From: Candidatus Bathyarchaeota archaeon
GTDB lineage: Archaea > Thermoproteota > Bathyarchaeia > Bathyarchaeales > DTEX01
Assembly: GCA_963714275.1 (NCBI GenBank)
Contig: CAVQNT010000003.1
Location: 128,001-192,000, forward strand
DNA: 64,000 nucleotides
Direction: 5' to 3'
How positions within the stretch are numbered: the stretch's first letter is position 1; each line of letters starts with the position of its first letter. The position numbers and the translations under genes were made by a program. This document shows positions 34,673-47,297 of the stretch, in pieces. The notes beneath the pieces were generated by a model that saw only the letters and a program-made list of their open reading frames with translations, was not told the origin of the DNA and did no database searches.

Positions 34673-35060
34673 GGCTGTAAGCTCTTAAGAGTTTTTTACG
34701 TATTCTCCTATTTTAGCTAGCTAACTTAGCTAGAGCACGTATAAAATCTTCTTTCAACATATGAGTATTTCATTTTTCGTCAGCAAGGTCCATAGATTGC
34801 AGACTTAAGGTTTTGTGCCATTCTAAAAAGCTTTCAAAAAAACATTTCTCCCATTTTTATGTTAAGCAAAACTGAAAAAGGTTTGTTACACAAATCAGAT
34901 AGATTTCTAAATAAACGTGTTTTTTGTTTTAGGATTAGAACATCGACCCGAAACATACCAAAAAAGGGGATTTTATTTGAGTCAAGTCAAAATGGCTTAC
35001 AACAACAATGAAGCGCAATCCTATTCAAGTAAATTTCAATGTATGGTTCAAACATTACGT

Positions 35061-37017
35061 TTAATAGGGCAGCAACCAAGTAGACTTGCTCAGAAGGGTA
35101 ATTATTACAAGAACGGTTGAGACAACACCATCTCCAACCAAGAAGCCGATAGTGATGAACCCTTTATTTGACTCCCAGAACTCGCGACCCACCGTTTTCC
35201 CTATTATGTGCGAAACCAATGAGCCGATGAACATGGCGAGCCAAAAAGAAAATGAGGAAGGAGGTACTGCTGCAAGCATAGCAATTGCGTAATAAGGTCT
35301 ATGGAAAATAAGGTCAGAAATGAGGTAGAGACCCGTGGATATGCTGAATCCTGTCACCATGAAGTACGGTACCTGAAACTTTGCGAAACTAAGATCAAGC
35401 GTAAATTTCGGTCCGAAAAGGTTGCCTGTCCACAGCCAAGATTGCCAACGCCAGAAGTTCATGGCTTCCACCGGCCAGCCTGTAATCGTATATGTGTACG
35501 CGAATCCAGGTATTGGGTTGAGACGCCAAAAGACTGAGACGAAGATTAGGCTTCCAATAAGTCCCAGCACAATCAAAAGGAAATATACTTTAGTGTATTC
35601 TTTCACGTCCTCGTCGACCATTGAAGCCATAAGAAGCTGCTGAGTGACACCTGAACCGCCAAGAAACAGAAACATCTCCTGTGGCAAGAACCATATGTCT
35701 AATCCTCTGTATCCACTGTAATATATCATTGTTTCGCGGAGATAGGGGACGCTTCCACCAAACGTAACACCCGCTGAACGAGTCTGCAGAAGGGTTATCA
35801 CAAAGGAGATACCTAACGTAAAGACAACTGAGAGCCACAGTGGAAAACCGGGAACAAGAAGCATTGTCAAAAGAATGGCAGCTGACGACGTTGCTAAATA
35901 TATAAGAATCAGGTTTCTTCCATTAAGCCACCATTCAGTTGTTCCACCGAAGCTCCGTCCAATGCCTTTAAACGCCCTAATAACTGATTTGTACCTGATG
36001 AGAAGCGGTATCGTGGCAATGGCTAAACCCCATCCTATTGCGAAGCTGTTCCAGAAGTAAAGTGAAGACATGTTAGTTATCCACAGGACTCCTAAGTTTG
36101 GAGCCCATTTGATTTCAGCTGGCCAAAGGTTATTTATTGTAACGTAAGGGTTTCCTCCTAGGTATATTGCTGCTGACATCAATAATTGCGCAGCCGCGAG
36201 GTCCAAGGGGAAAAGGAACCCCCAAAGGTAATTCGTAGCGTCCAACGTAAATGAGAAGGAAGCCTCCTTTAAGCGAGTTTTCGATAATGGCCGTTAAATC
36301 TATTGGGTAACGTGGAACCAACGGAATCCCCAGTATTGAGGTCAACCCGTTTGATGCAAACCCGTAAAGTACTCCTCCAGTAATCGCCAGTGCAATGACC
36401 CGTATTTTGGGCATTTCTCTTTCTCCGAACGCCCTCATCGTTCTAGCATCCCACGTTGCTGCAGGAAAAGCAAGCTTTTCTTCTCGAACATATAGGCTAT
36501 AGGCCAAAAGTCCCAATGTATAATTGGCCACAGCAGACAGTAAAATGGGCACACATACGCTGGCTAAAATAGGTAATCCCCACGCTGGGTCAAAAAATGT
36601 TCGAGACAGCATGACCCTTTGGGCGTCCGCTCCTAGAGGAGAGAAGAAAGACGGAACTGCCGATTGAATCCCATAAATCCTGGCAATCTCGGAATTTGCG
36701 AAGTACTGGTTACGTAATAAATAGGCGAAATAGTAGCCAGTATTCATCAAGCCTACAGACTCAACAATCCTGATTATAAAAATTTCTTTAGAGCTAAGGG
36801 ATGCCCCCCAAAGCCTCGTTATTCCCACCCACAACAGTATAACTGTCCAGCTCATCATTCCTCCCCAAAACGGAAGCCCCCAAAGCCCATTCACAAGCCA
36901 ATTGTACACGATAGCGGGCTGTATAACAAAAATTAAGAAAACGAAGGCTAACATTGTACGCCATGTTAAGCCTTTTTGGGAACTGCCCGTTACTTTTATG
37001 CTGCTTTGCTCCTCCAT
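35061..37017 (-). CDS. Polytopic membrane protein, OPT-like (module 2, subunit B); frameshift near 36255
   Basis: GLTWRT, LYVREEKLAFP, FWRLNPIPGFAY; paralogue of 23982-25878; ORFs 36130-37017 and 35061-36245. Confidence 0.72.
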
Positions 37018-40000
37018 GCTGCCATCGCCTTTTCAATATATTTCTTTTGATCGTCCTGCCGAAGGGCTCTCCAAATCAGGAACTGTTTACGAATTATGTC
37101 AAGTAACGCCTTGTTGGTAGTGGTCCAGATACTCTCCAATCCTTCAATTCTTTTTATTAAAATTTCAAAGCCATACCTGTCAGGCTGCTATTGGTCTACT
37201 AATGACGTTGAAGTCCTGGATCACTCCCGCGTCGAACGGCGACAACTGAAGCCTAGCACTCAGGACTTTTCTTTCGTCCTCTTGGGTCAGTTGCACTGGC
37301 TTCAAAAGCATGAATATTCCTGTTCTTTCAGTCGCAGAGGCTTCGAAAAACTCGCTGAGGAACCCTAGAACACCGATAGACTCGTCTGGTGTAGCGCTGA
37401 ATGGTAAACCTATACTCCAGAGGTCGCCTACAGGTTTGCTGCCAATTCTCCATTTTCTTAAAAGTGACGGCGTCACCATTTTTGAAGCCTTCGAAACAGG
37501 ATAGATCGAGGACAGCACAGTTGCTGCCATCATTATGCCCATCACGATGATGACGACTCCAGACGACACATTGGGTATCAAATCCTTTGGAAAAATGTGC
37601 AAGTTCGACAATAAAGATGTCACGCTAGCCCCAGTGAAGTAACCCAAGAAGCTTCCCAAGAAGGCAAGGGCCACACTTTCTGTTATAAAAATGGCTCCAA
37701 TATGGCGAGGTGACAGCCCAATTGTGCTCAACGTTCGAATCTCACGTGTTCTTTCAAAAACCGCGCTCAACATCATTGACAGCAGAGTAAGAGACGACAG
37801 AAACAAAGGAATAATCATGTTTTCTGCTCCGCTAAGCATATAGATGTCTCTTGTAGTTATTTGCTGTGCATTAGTTTCACCCTTTATTCCGTAAGACACA
37901 TCAAACTGCTGCAACGTAAGAACCATATCGAAGGCACGTTGTCCCAAATCACCCAATGTTAACGTCGTCGAGTTTGAACTGAGAGCGATTACATTGGGTT
38001 GAACATTGAAGTATTCTGTCGCAAAGTCGTAGGGAACTATGATTAATGAAGAAAGTCCTAGTGGAGAATACACACCTCCCAGACCAGATACTTGAGGGTC
38101 TGGAGGCAGAATTGCGTTTCTGTCCAAGTCTTTGGACAGGAGAGCGTTTCCTATATCTTCAAAAATAATACATCTCACGGTAACAGGAACCCCATAAATG
38201 TTAAGCTTAGTTCCATATGTGACGTTAATGCCTAAATCAATGCCCATTCTTTCAGCAAGCGTGTCCGTGATAATGATGGAATTTATCATCCCCGGTTCAA
38301 AGACGTCTCCTTGCCCAGGGACTCTTGCGCCCTCCAAAATTTTTGATTCTTCGAGCTGTCATTGCCAGCATACCTCTTACTGAAGAGGTAGTAGCGTTCC
38401 AAATTATGAACATGTTCTGCCCAGATGGATATATCCAAGCCCTAGGGTTTAATTGAAATTCAGATAATCCTTCCGAAGCAACATCCTTTATGGAAATCAG
38501 ATAGAGTTCTGATGTTGGATTGTATACGTTCGAAGCTGGTGGTATAGGTCTTGTTAGAAGCAGTCCTGTGTAAGTGGCGCTGCCTACTGATGATGTCCGC
38601 GGCTGGACCATAACTCCCATTGTTGTAAACAAAGTCATCGCTGAGACCGTTATAATGATTGTCGTTAAAGTCAATGCTGTCCGCATAGGTCTTTTCTTGA
38701 GGTTCTCAACTCCCATGGATAAAGCCGACATGATTAGACTTCCTCTTTCAATGTCAGATCGGTGAGAACCCAGAACTGATCGGCTTATTGCACTTATTGC
38801 CGTGTTAAACTCATCTAAGACTATGTAAAGCAACAGAAAAGAGAAAAGAATAACGGAGAGCCCGTCAATAAGCATCCAAACGTTTGAAGCGATTACATAA
38901 CCAGGATGAACTTGGCTAAGAGCTACGTTTGTTATAACGAAAAATACTATGATTGCTAACATCCTCTTTATTCCAGTTTCTCTGCCCAAGACCAGCTTTC
39001 CTAAGAAAACCACGAAGGCAGCGGAGAGGAAGAAGAAGAAAGTCGCCGTGTTTACGACATCGTATATTAACGCAAAGGACGAAACATAAGTGTTTGCTGC
39101 ATACAACCAGTAAGCGATGGAATACGAGTATAGTTTTCCGTTTTCACCGTTTTGGCGAGCTTCATCAGCCAACTGTTTTAAGTGATGCATCCCATCAAGA
39201 TACAGAACCATCTTAGCATTAGATGACATCTTTGACTCCAAGAAGCCGCCTCTTTGGTTCGCTAAATAATACATGTTTTCCACAGCATCAAAAATGGTTA
39301 GCACAGTGGTTTTTCTCTGAACTAGACTATACCCTTGTCCATCAGGGAACTTTTCAGAAGCGTTATTCAACACTGCAACCACTGTTCCTGATGATCTAAT
39401 GAGGATCTCCACATTCGTATCTGGTTGAGCGAAAACCATAGCTTCAGGTGTAAATTCCAACACGTCTCTCCAAACAAGGTAACTGTGAGAAACGAAGTTT
39501 AGGATATCAATACTTAGCGTTTGCGGACTTCCCATAGTCCACAGGTTTAGATAATCTATAAGCGCAATAGATGAAACATTAATAATAGGAACATAGCGGA
39601 ATCCATGCGCAGAATTATCAGAAAAACTTCTTGCCATTCTACCAGTACTCATTAGATATCCAACTCCCCCTGTTCCTGGAGTGGCTGTTGGAGGCTGCAG
39701 CTGATGACGCTGCACCAAAAAGAGTCCCTTGCCTTAATAACAGCGTACCAAAGGGGCCTGTGTCAGTGGCACATAAAACGTCCCCAGTTTCCGGGTCGAG
39801 AATATAGCCTTGAGCGTCAATGCCGCAACGAGGTCTAAGTCCTTTTATGACAACTTTGCCTTCTTCGTCTGGCTTTAGGACTACAGTGAACCCGATTCCT
39901 GGACTTAGGGATCCTGATGAAACGATTCCGCCTGAAGTTTGTACTGGTGCAACAGTGAATACTCCCGCAATCACTCCTAAGACAACTGCGCTTCTTGCGG

Positions 40001-41699
40001 ATCCAGTGCCTGCGGATGGGGTGAGTCCTGCGACGACTACGTTACCTGCTGGGTTACTGCTTGGTCCTACTGAAACAAAAAATAGTCCATTTTCGTTGGT
40101 ATACTTGTTGAAATTGTTTGTTGTCTTGTTATATGTTGCTAATTGAATTGTCACATCGACCAATCCATGGTCCGAGACGCCTGACAGGTCTGCTCTTCCA
40201 GGAGACAACTGACCAAAATTCGCAAAAAAACTGGCAGAATTATATAGGACAGGCCACAAGAAAACTACTTGTTTTTGTAAGTTTTGTTGTTGTACGTTAG
40301 CATAGGTGTCAAAAGGAGTGTATTGGTATATTCTGAAAGAATCCGTTGTGACGAAACCTAACCCTCCTCCATAACAAGTCTCAGTGAAAACTTCAGCCTC
40401 GAAATATTTTGGGAACGGTTCAAATGGAACAAATCCCACGATAAAATTTGGATAGGACCATTGTATTCCGTTAATCATGTGGGATTTTTGGTCCAACTGT
40501 TGTTCAAAGTCTGGGTAACCATCCGGTCTTACATTGAATATATCATCAAGCCAAGGAGCATAATATCGTAGGAACTGGGTAGGTCTATCATATTGGTACA
40601 TTGCCCCCGTTGCATATACTACAGTAATGTCGCTGTCACTGGCCAAGTCGAGAGAAAACATCATTTTAATTTTAGAACGCAATTCGCTGAAGTGACTGTC
40701 TATATATTCCCTGGCACCAGCTAGTCCTTGATAATGCCCTGCGAAGGCGACAAGCCAGACGGTTCTCTCGGGTCTAGACTCGGTAAGAAGCCTAGACAGT
40801 TCAAGAAGGAACGCAATACCCATTGAGTCAGTGGCACCAGGAGAAAGCTGTGGCACAATAGACCACGAGTCATAGTAAGCACCAATTATTACCACCTCAT
40901 TCCTTAAAGTCGGGTTGGTTCCTTCAATGACAGCCACAAGGTTTGATACGGTTTTTTCCTTCCAAACCATGCGGGAGTCAACCCAGATTTTCACCTCGCC
41001 TTGTTGATTTACAAGTTCTCTGAGCAGCGAAGCATTCTCTCCTCTGACATATAATCTTGGAAAATTAAGAGGAACACTGAATGTTTTTTGAACAGCTTCA
41101 ACACAACTTGTGCTATCTGGTTCTAGGAAAATCACTCCTTTAGCTCCAAAGGTAGCTGCGTTCTTCCAATACCACCTGTTATTAAAATCCATCAGAACAA
41201 AGGTTCCTTCAGGATTGAGACCGTCAAAATCCTCAGGAAGCCCTTGAGGTACATAAATTAAATTATCGCCCTCTTCGGGACTTTGATAGGGACACGGATT
41301 TATGTGATTTGGCCAAAGAGGATAAACCTGTATCTCAATTTTGCTCCCATTTGGCAACTGAACGGTTACAACTGCTTTCTCAGTGATAGGAGTCACTATG
41401 TCGAAAGATTCAGATCCCACGGTTAACCCGAGTGATTCCCAATAGTTCTTAATATAATCAGCAGCCTCGAAAAAGCCATCATACCCCGTTACACGAGAAC
41501 CAAAGCTTGTAAAAATTTGGATATGCTGAAGTACATTGTTGAAATCAAGTTCAGCGAGCCTGTCTACTCCAGTTTGCTGAATTGAGGCAGTTGACAAAGA
41601 TTGTTCTACTGTCCATGTTTGGGATGCAACAATCAAGATTAAGGTAAGAATCAACGGACATCGGAGAAGAACCTTTCGAACCATCATATCACCTAACAA
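36996..41699 (-). CDS. Giant M28-like/FtsX-like membrane protein (module 2), three frameshifts (ORFs 39639-41699, 38297-39718, 37180-38337, plus a tail to about 36996)
   Basis: FGSRVTGYDG, GAYYDSWS, PGATDSMG, SAVFERTREIRTLSTIGLSP, VTPSLLRKW; tail RKQFLIWR matches RKQLLLWR of module 1. Confidence 0.78.
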
Positions 41700-41786
41700 T
41701 TTTCCTCTCCGGATAGTTCGGTGTATTATACGACCATCGTGATGTTAATAAGACTTTTGCATTGTTGTGTTATTTTTTATTTAAAT

Positions 41787-41851
41787 GGTTAATCTTATAT
41801 ATATTTATAAATTATTATATATTTATAATTTTAAGCGGTTAATCTTATATA
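41787..41851. promoter_or_regulatory. 15-bp direct repeat in the divergent promoter of module 2
   Basis: GGTTAATCTTATATA at 41787-41801 and 41837-41851 (50 bp apart), with duplicated TATATTTATAA between them. Confidence 0.5.
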
Positions 41852-41896
41852 CAAAAAGAGAAGAGCTATTAAACACAAAAATAGAAGTGAAAGAAA

Positions 41897-43913
41897 ATGA
41901 CTGAAGAAGCTAAACGCGTTTTGACACCAAAATCGTGGGCAGCACTTATAGCGTTGTCTGTGGTCATGAGCTTCGTAGGTGTTCTAACATCGCCATATGG
42001 ACCTAGTTGGATGTTCTCAATGGTTCTAGGATCGTTTACAGCTCCAATTGTCGCATTGTTCATCGTGATGGTCATAGCCAAAATATCCAGCTCGTTCTCA
42101 AAATCCCTTACACCACAACTACTGGCACTAGTATACACTGTAACAGCAATGTCAGTTGTCTTCTGTTACAGCATGATTCCCTACGGTATAGTACACAACG
42201 CAGTTAATGCGCGACTGAACACGTTCGATTGGCACCCAGCTACATGGCTTGTTAAGGATAACTGGGTATTCGGTCCAACTAATCTCGCTACTGTAAATCC
42301 TATCTTGACTGGCGGAGCAGCAACACCTTGGGCTGACTGGTCACCATTCCTTGGTTGGTGGTTAGCATACACAATTTGCTGGCTAGTATTTTGGCTTGGA
42401 TGGATGGCGCTCTTAGAAGAACGATGGATTGAAGTTGAAAAACTTCCTTATCCAGCAGCTTTGACTGGCACAATGCAGATTACTATGGCAACTCAAAAAG
42501 AGAAAACTGAAGAAAGCCCAAGTTCCAAAATGTTCCTAATCGGCATCTTAATAGGAGTGATATTAGTCGTACCAATAGTCGCTCGTACACTTAGTTCAGC
42601 AGTACCTGACATCTACGGTTGGACTGCGGCTCCATACCTACCTTGGATGTTAGGAACCATCAGCCTCGGACAAATTCCTGCGGCAAGCGTTATTCCAGTA
42701 ATGGCCTTCCTACCAGTAAATCCGATGATCTACGCACTGTTCTACCTCTTCCCATTGAAGATACTGTTTTCAATGTGGGCTTTCTGCTTAGTTGGTGTAT
42801 TGATTCCAAGCCAGATTGCCTATTACGGCGGATACTACACTGCACTTGCGCAGACCGGTGACAGATTCCACGCATTCATGGATGGCGCACCATTCTTTTG
42901 GAATGATATATGGATAGGTTCCATTATAGGAATAGTTATCACATGGTTTGCCCTTAACTACTCGTACGTTGGAGGCTTGTTCAAGAAATCGGCTGAACCA
43001 GAGAAAAAGGCTGTTTCGCCATTATTAGGCTGGGCAATGGTTGGAGGCGCCACTGTAATGCTCATTGCTTTGCTCATTGTTGCAGGAACAAACCCATTAG
43101 GTAGCATTGTGATAGTGTTGACAATGTGGCTGTTATACCTGTCAATTATCAGGGTATACGGCTTCGGTGGTGTAGCTGGTACTGCTTGGGCATTCCCGAA
43201 CGACTGGACTCACTTAGGATTCCTGACAAAGTATATCTATACTCCTCCAGGATATGCTGGAAGTGCTTTGGCCTATACTCGTACTCCAGAGTTCACAACA
43301 ACAATGTGGTTGTCGAATAGATGGACAGGAGAAATAATGGCTGAGAACAACACACAATTTGGACTGGTTTTTGCTATTCCAATGTGTTACAAGGTTGCTT
43401 ATGACACAGGAACCCATCCAAAAGATGTCACAAAACTGATCCTAATATCAGGTATCCTATCAGCAGTCATAGGCTTCCCAACTGCAATATGGTTCAGCTA
43501 TACGGTCGGTGTAAACAACTGGCCAATGGGACAATTTGACGCTTGGTGGCATTGGACTTTCGATGCGCCTTGGGGAAATATTAACAGTGGTCTAGGAATC
43601 ATAGAACCAGCTTATCCTTATATGATTGCAGGTATTGTTCTGGTACTAGTATTAGGAGTCTTGAACTTCCGCTTCATCTGGTGGCCAATTGATCCCGCAG
43701 GTGTCACTCTCGGTTTAGGTGCAGCTGGAACTGGATGGCTTATGCCCGCTATAGTTGCATGGATTGCAAAAACATTGGTTCTAAGAACTGGTGGAACAAA
43801 GACTTAACGACCGAACAGTTTTGCCACTAATCATTGGACTGCTCGTAGGCTATTGGGTCATGATATTCGTCGGCGCTATGGGTGGCTTAATAAATTACTT
43901 CATTCCGAAGTAG
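41897..43913 (+). CDS. Polytopic membrane protein, OPT/DUF6785-like (module 2, subunit A); frameshift near 43803
   Basis: RWIEVEKLPYP, RFIWWPIDPAG; last TM helix (VLPLIIGLLVGYWVMIFVG...) continues in another frame to TAG at 43913. Confidence 0.72.
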
Positions 43914-43927
43914 TCTCCCACAACCCC

Positions 43928-43963
43928 CTTTCTTTTTTTTCTTTTTCTTTTTTTTATTTATTT
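43928..43963 (+). terminator. Archaeal oligo-T terminator candidate
   Basis: Long T tracts directly after the module 2 subunit A stop. Confidence 0.4.
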
Positions 43964-44120
43964 CAGTGTACAATAGATTATTTTCATTTAAAAAAAAGAG
44001 TCGAAGTTTTTTCTTTCAATAAATTATCTATTTTTACCTTAGATTGTATGATTCTATATTAAAAATGAACCAATTTTTATAGTTCGTTTTTTTGTAGGTT
44101 CAACGAATGAGTTCACTTAA

Positions 44121-44441
44121 TTATTTGTTTTTTCTTCCGTGCAAATGGGACCTATTTAGGTTTTTATTATGTTTCTTTATGACTTCATCTTCAAGGTTTA
44201 TTCCCCAGACTTCACATAAATTAACAAGTCTTATGAAAATGTCGGCAAGCTCCTCAGCGAATCCTTCAACGTCATTGTCTCGGATTGCTTCAGAGGCTTC
44301 GCCTACTTCACTGTGTATCCTTAAAAGCATTGTATCAACGTCCTTTTTAACCCAAGAAAAACCCTTGGAAACTGCCCACTCAGTGACTATTTGTTGCCAG
44401 TCTTTAATGCTTCTTAAAGACCCGTTTGGAACATAGTGCAC
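44121..44441 (-). CDS. MazG-like nucleotide pyrophosphohydrolase
   Basis: IHSEVGEASEAIR...EELADIFIR; GGAGGT RBS before GTG at 44441. Confidence 0.8.
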   Translation of the reverse strand: MHYVPNGSLRSIKDWQQIVTEWAVSKGFSWVKKDVDTMLLRIHSEVGEASEAIRDNDVEGFAEELADIFIRLVNLCEVWGINLEDEVIKKHNKNLNRSHLHGRKNK

Positions 44442-44592
44442 AATTTTACCTCCTACATACGGTTTGTCTCGTTTAGCAATATTTAAGACATGTCGCAAAA
44501 CCGTTTTAAATATACTTAAGCTGAAAACGAAACATCTGCAGAAATCTTAAGAATTAAGGTCAGCATAAACATATCAAAGAAGATGTGTTGGT

Positions 44593-45562
44593 GTGTACAT
44601 GTTAGACATTGTTACCTTAGGCGAAGTTTTGATACAATTAAACGCTGCTTCAAATGGTCCATTAAGGCACGTTACATACTTTGAGAAACACGCGGCGGGA
44701 GCAGAAGCAAATTTCGCGATAGGAATGACGAGACTGGGATTCAAAGCTGGCATTATATCACGGGTAAGGGACGATGAGTTCGGGAAATATATTATCAATC
44801 TTTTAAGAGGAGAGGGATTAGATATTTCAAGAATAAAATATGAAAATGAAGCCCCTAACGGCGTATATTTCATACAACGTAACTATCCAATTCCGGGAAA
44901 AAGCAGCGTATTGTATTACCGAAAAGGCTCAACTGCAAGCAAGATGTCAGTTGGTGACATAGACGCGGAATACATAAAAAATGCCAGACTTTTGCATTTG
45001 ACGGGAATAACTCCAGCCTTAAGCTCCAGCTGTAAAGAAGCATGTTTTGAAGCTCTTAAAATTGCGTCAGAAGTTGGCGTCACAATATCTGTTGACACTA
45101 ATATAAGACTAAGCTTGTGGGGCGACGAAGAAGCCCGAAAGACATTATTGCCAATGATTGAAAAGGCGAACATTGTACTCACAGAACCCCAAGACGCCGA
45201 GATTCTTTTGGGAACAAGGAACTCTGAAGACATCGCCAAGAAAATTTTACGAATGGGACCTGAAACTGTAGCCATTAAGCTGGGCGAGGAAGGAGCAATA
45301 GCATACACAAAAAGGGAGACTGCAAGAAAATCTGCTTTCAAGGTTCCGACAGAAGACGCGATTGGGGCAGGTGACGCGTTTGCAGCAGGATTCATTTCAT
45401 AGCTTGTTACGCGGTTTAAACCTAGAAGATGCATTAGAAATTGGAAACGTGGCCGGAGCCTTAGTTGTTACAGTAAAAGGCGACTTTGAGAACATGCCTT
45501 CAATCGATGACGTGAAAAAGTTTCTGGCTGCTCAAAGAAAGGAAATATCTGATCTGAGGTAA
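44593..45562 (+). CDS. kdgK: PfkB sugar kinase, 2-keto-3-deoxygluconate kinase-like; frameshift near 45395
   Basis: AGAEANFAIG, YYRKGSTAS, DTNIRLSLW, DAIGAGDAFAAG; C-terminal GNVAGALVVTVKGD is in the next frame. Confidence 0.8.
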
Positions 45563-45650
45563 ATTATTCAAGGTAACTTCCCTTTTTTAGGCTCACAAGC
45601 TTTTAATTTTAATTATTTATGTGACCTCCCTTTTTTGAAGAGTCAGAACG

Positions 45651-45683
45651 TTTATATATTACTAGATGGTAATAATTATTACC
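45651..45683 (+). promoter_or_regulatory. TATA box plus 16-bp perfect palindromic operator
   Basis: TTTATATA at 45651, then GGTAATAATTATTACC at 45668-45683, upstream of the regulator-Hsp20 pair. Confidence 0.6.
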
Positions 45684-45705
45684 TAATGGTAAGGATCATT
45701 GGACT

Positions 45706-46410
45706 ATGACAACGAGTCACCAGAATCTAATCAAAAAGGCAAAGACGATTTTAATAAAAAAGGGATTCAAAGAAGATCAAATCTACGAAGAATTCGGGTT
45801 CTTGGATTATCGAATTGACGTTGTAGGGTGGAGTGCAAACAAAAAAATAGCGGTAGAATACAGATATTCTGATTCAAAAAAACTTAAAGACCTCGAAAAA
45901 TTCTTTGACGAAGTCATTTGTTTACCTACAGAGAATCCTACTCTCTCATTAACCTCTGAAACTAAGGCGCCTGAACCCTATGAAAAACCTCATCCAGAAA
46001 AACTTGTTGGAATGAGATTGTTGTTATCTAAAAACGAAAACGTTCTCATCGAAATACCACTGTCCATTAAAGATTGGTCAAGGAAACAACTTGAGGATGA
46101 GATGTCATCTTTTGAGGATCAATCTAACAGATTCTCAAAGCTTTTTGATGCCTTGTCGCATGAAACACGTTTAAGAATGATGAACAACCTCTTAGTTGAC
46201 GAGGACCAAACTGTAACTTTCGCCGAATTTATGCGCGACTTGGACCTAAACCCGAAACTTGTCTGGGAGAACACTCGGAAACTAACTGAAGGCGGATTCC
46301 TAAAGAAGACTGGTAGAGGAGAGTATAGATTCTCAGAGTTCGGAGAAACCGAGTTCATGATGATGAGCCTTGCCTTAAGACGTTTAATGGAAGCTCTTGA
46401 AGAGCTTTAG
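45706..46410 (+). CDS. ArsR-like wHTH regulator with an extra N-terminal domain
   Basis: C-terminal FDALSHETRLRMM...LNPKLVWENTRKLTEGGFLKKTGRGEY; N-terminal YRIDVVG...KIAVEY. Confidence 0.65.
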   Translation: MTTSHQNLIKKAKTILIKKGFKEDQIYEEFGFLDYRIDVVGWSANKKIAVEYRYSDSKKLKDLEKFFDEVICLPTENPTLSLTSETKAPEPYEKPHPEKLVGMRLLLSKNENVLIEIPLSIKDWSRKQLEDEMSSFEDQSNRFSKLFDALSHETRLRMMNNLLVDEDQTVTFAEFMRDLDLNPKLVWENTRKLTEGGFLKKTGRGEYRFSEFGETEFMMMSLALRRLMEALEEL

Positions 46411-46424
46411 AACATATAAAGGAG

Positions 46425-47000
46425 GTGAATGAAGAAATGGACTCATTCTTTAATTTTGATGAATTATTTGAAGACTTTGGTAAGTTCAACAAACAATTTA
46501 TGGACAGAATTCAGAAAGAAATCGATGAAACTGAGAAAGCCATCAAAAAAAGCGAACTAAAAGGCAACTGGGATATTAAAAAAATTGATGAGCCGGGAGT
46601 AAAAGGATTCATAATTCAAGGAAAATTCTGGACAAACGAGCCGTTCGAAACGTTTGACCCCGTTGAACCACTTAGACCTAGAATCAGAAAACCGTTTCCA
46701 GAAAAACCACTAGAATTAAAAGCAGATGATTCTGGAGAAATCCGCGAGCCACTAACAGACCTATTTGAAGAAGACAATACCATAAGGATTTTTGCTGAAT
46801 TACCAGGGGAAGAAAAAGGCGATATAAAACTGGATTTCAAAAAAGACAAGGTTGAAATTAAGGGTAAGAAATTCAATAAGACTGTTACACTTTCAACAGA
46901 AAACATTGACAAAGAAAAAACGACTACAAAATACAAAAATGGCGTACTCGAAATCACTATACCAAAAAAAGGGCACGAACCTAAAATCCACAGACTGTAA
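46425..47000 (+). CDS. hsp20: Small heat-shock protein Hsp20
   Basis: REPLTDLFE, AELPGEEK, YKNGVLEITIPK; GGAGG RBS. Confidence 0.9.
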   Translation: MNEEMDSFFNFDELFEDFGKFNKQFMDRIQKEIDETEKAIKKSELKGNWDIKKIDEPGVKGFIIQGKFWTNEPFETFDPVEPLRPRIRKPFPEKPLELKADDSGEIREPLTDLFEEDNTIRIFAELPGEEKGDIKLDFKKDKVEIKGKKFNKTVTLSTENIDKEKTTTKYKNGVLEITIPKKGHEPKIHRL

Positions 47001-47297
47001 TTAACTTAAAAAGTATTGACCAAAAACAACCGAAAATTCTAGTATAAATCACGTTTATATCGTGATGCGTGATATCACTTTAAGTGTTAGAATGGAAATA
47101 TTTTTTATTCAATATTTTTTTATGATATATTTTTTATTTTATATTTTGGACATCTGATTTTTCTATATAAGAGTCCCTAATTTTAATAGTTTATTTTTTT
47201 CATCTGAATGAATATTTTAAGAGAAACTTATTTCATAAAAAAACATCTAAACATGTTTTTAGTTGTTTTACCTAAAATTTTATTGGATTAAACATGT

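Noticed and set aside
34917-35120. 67-aa ORF and the many other short overlapping ORFs in the track
   Set aside because: No motifs, mostly antisense to or out of frame with well-supported genes
45390-45410. Pyrrolysine or readthrough at the TAG in kdgK
   Set aside because: The C-terminal continuation is in a different frame, so it is a frameshift
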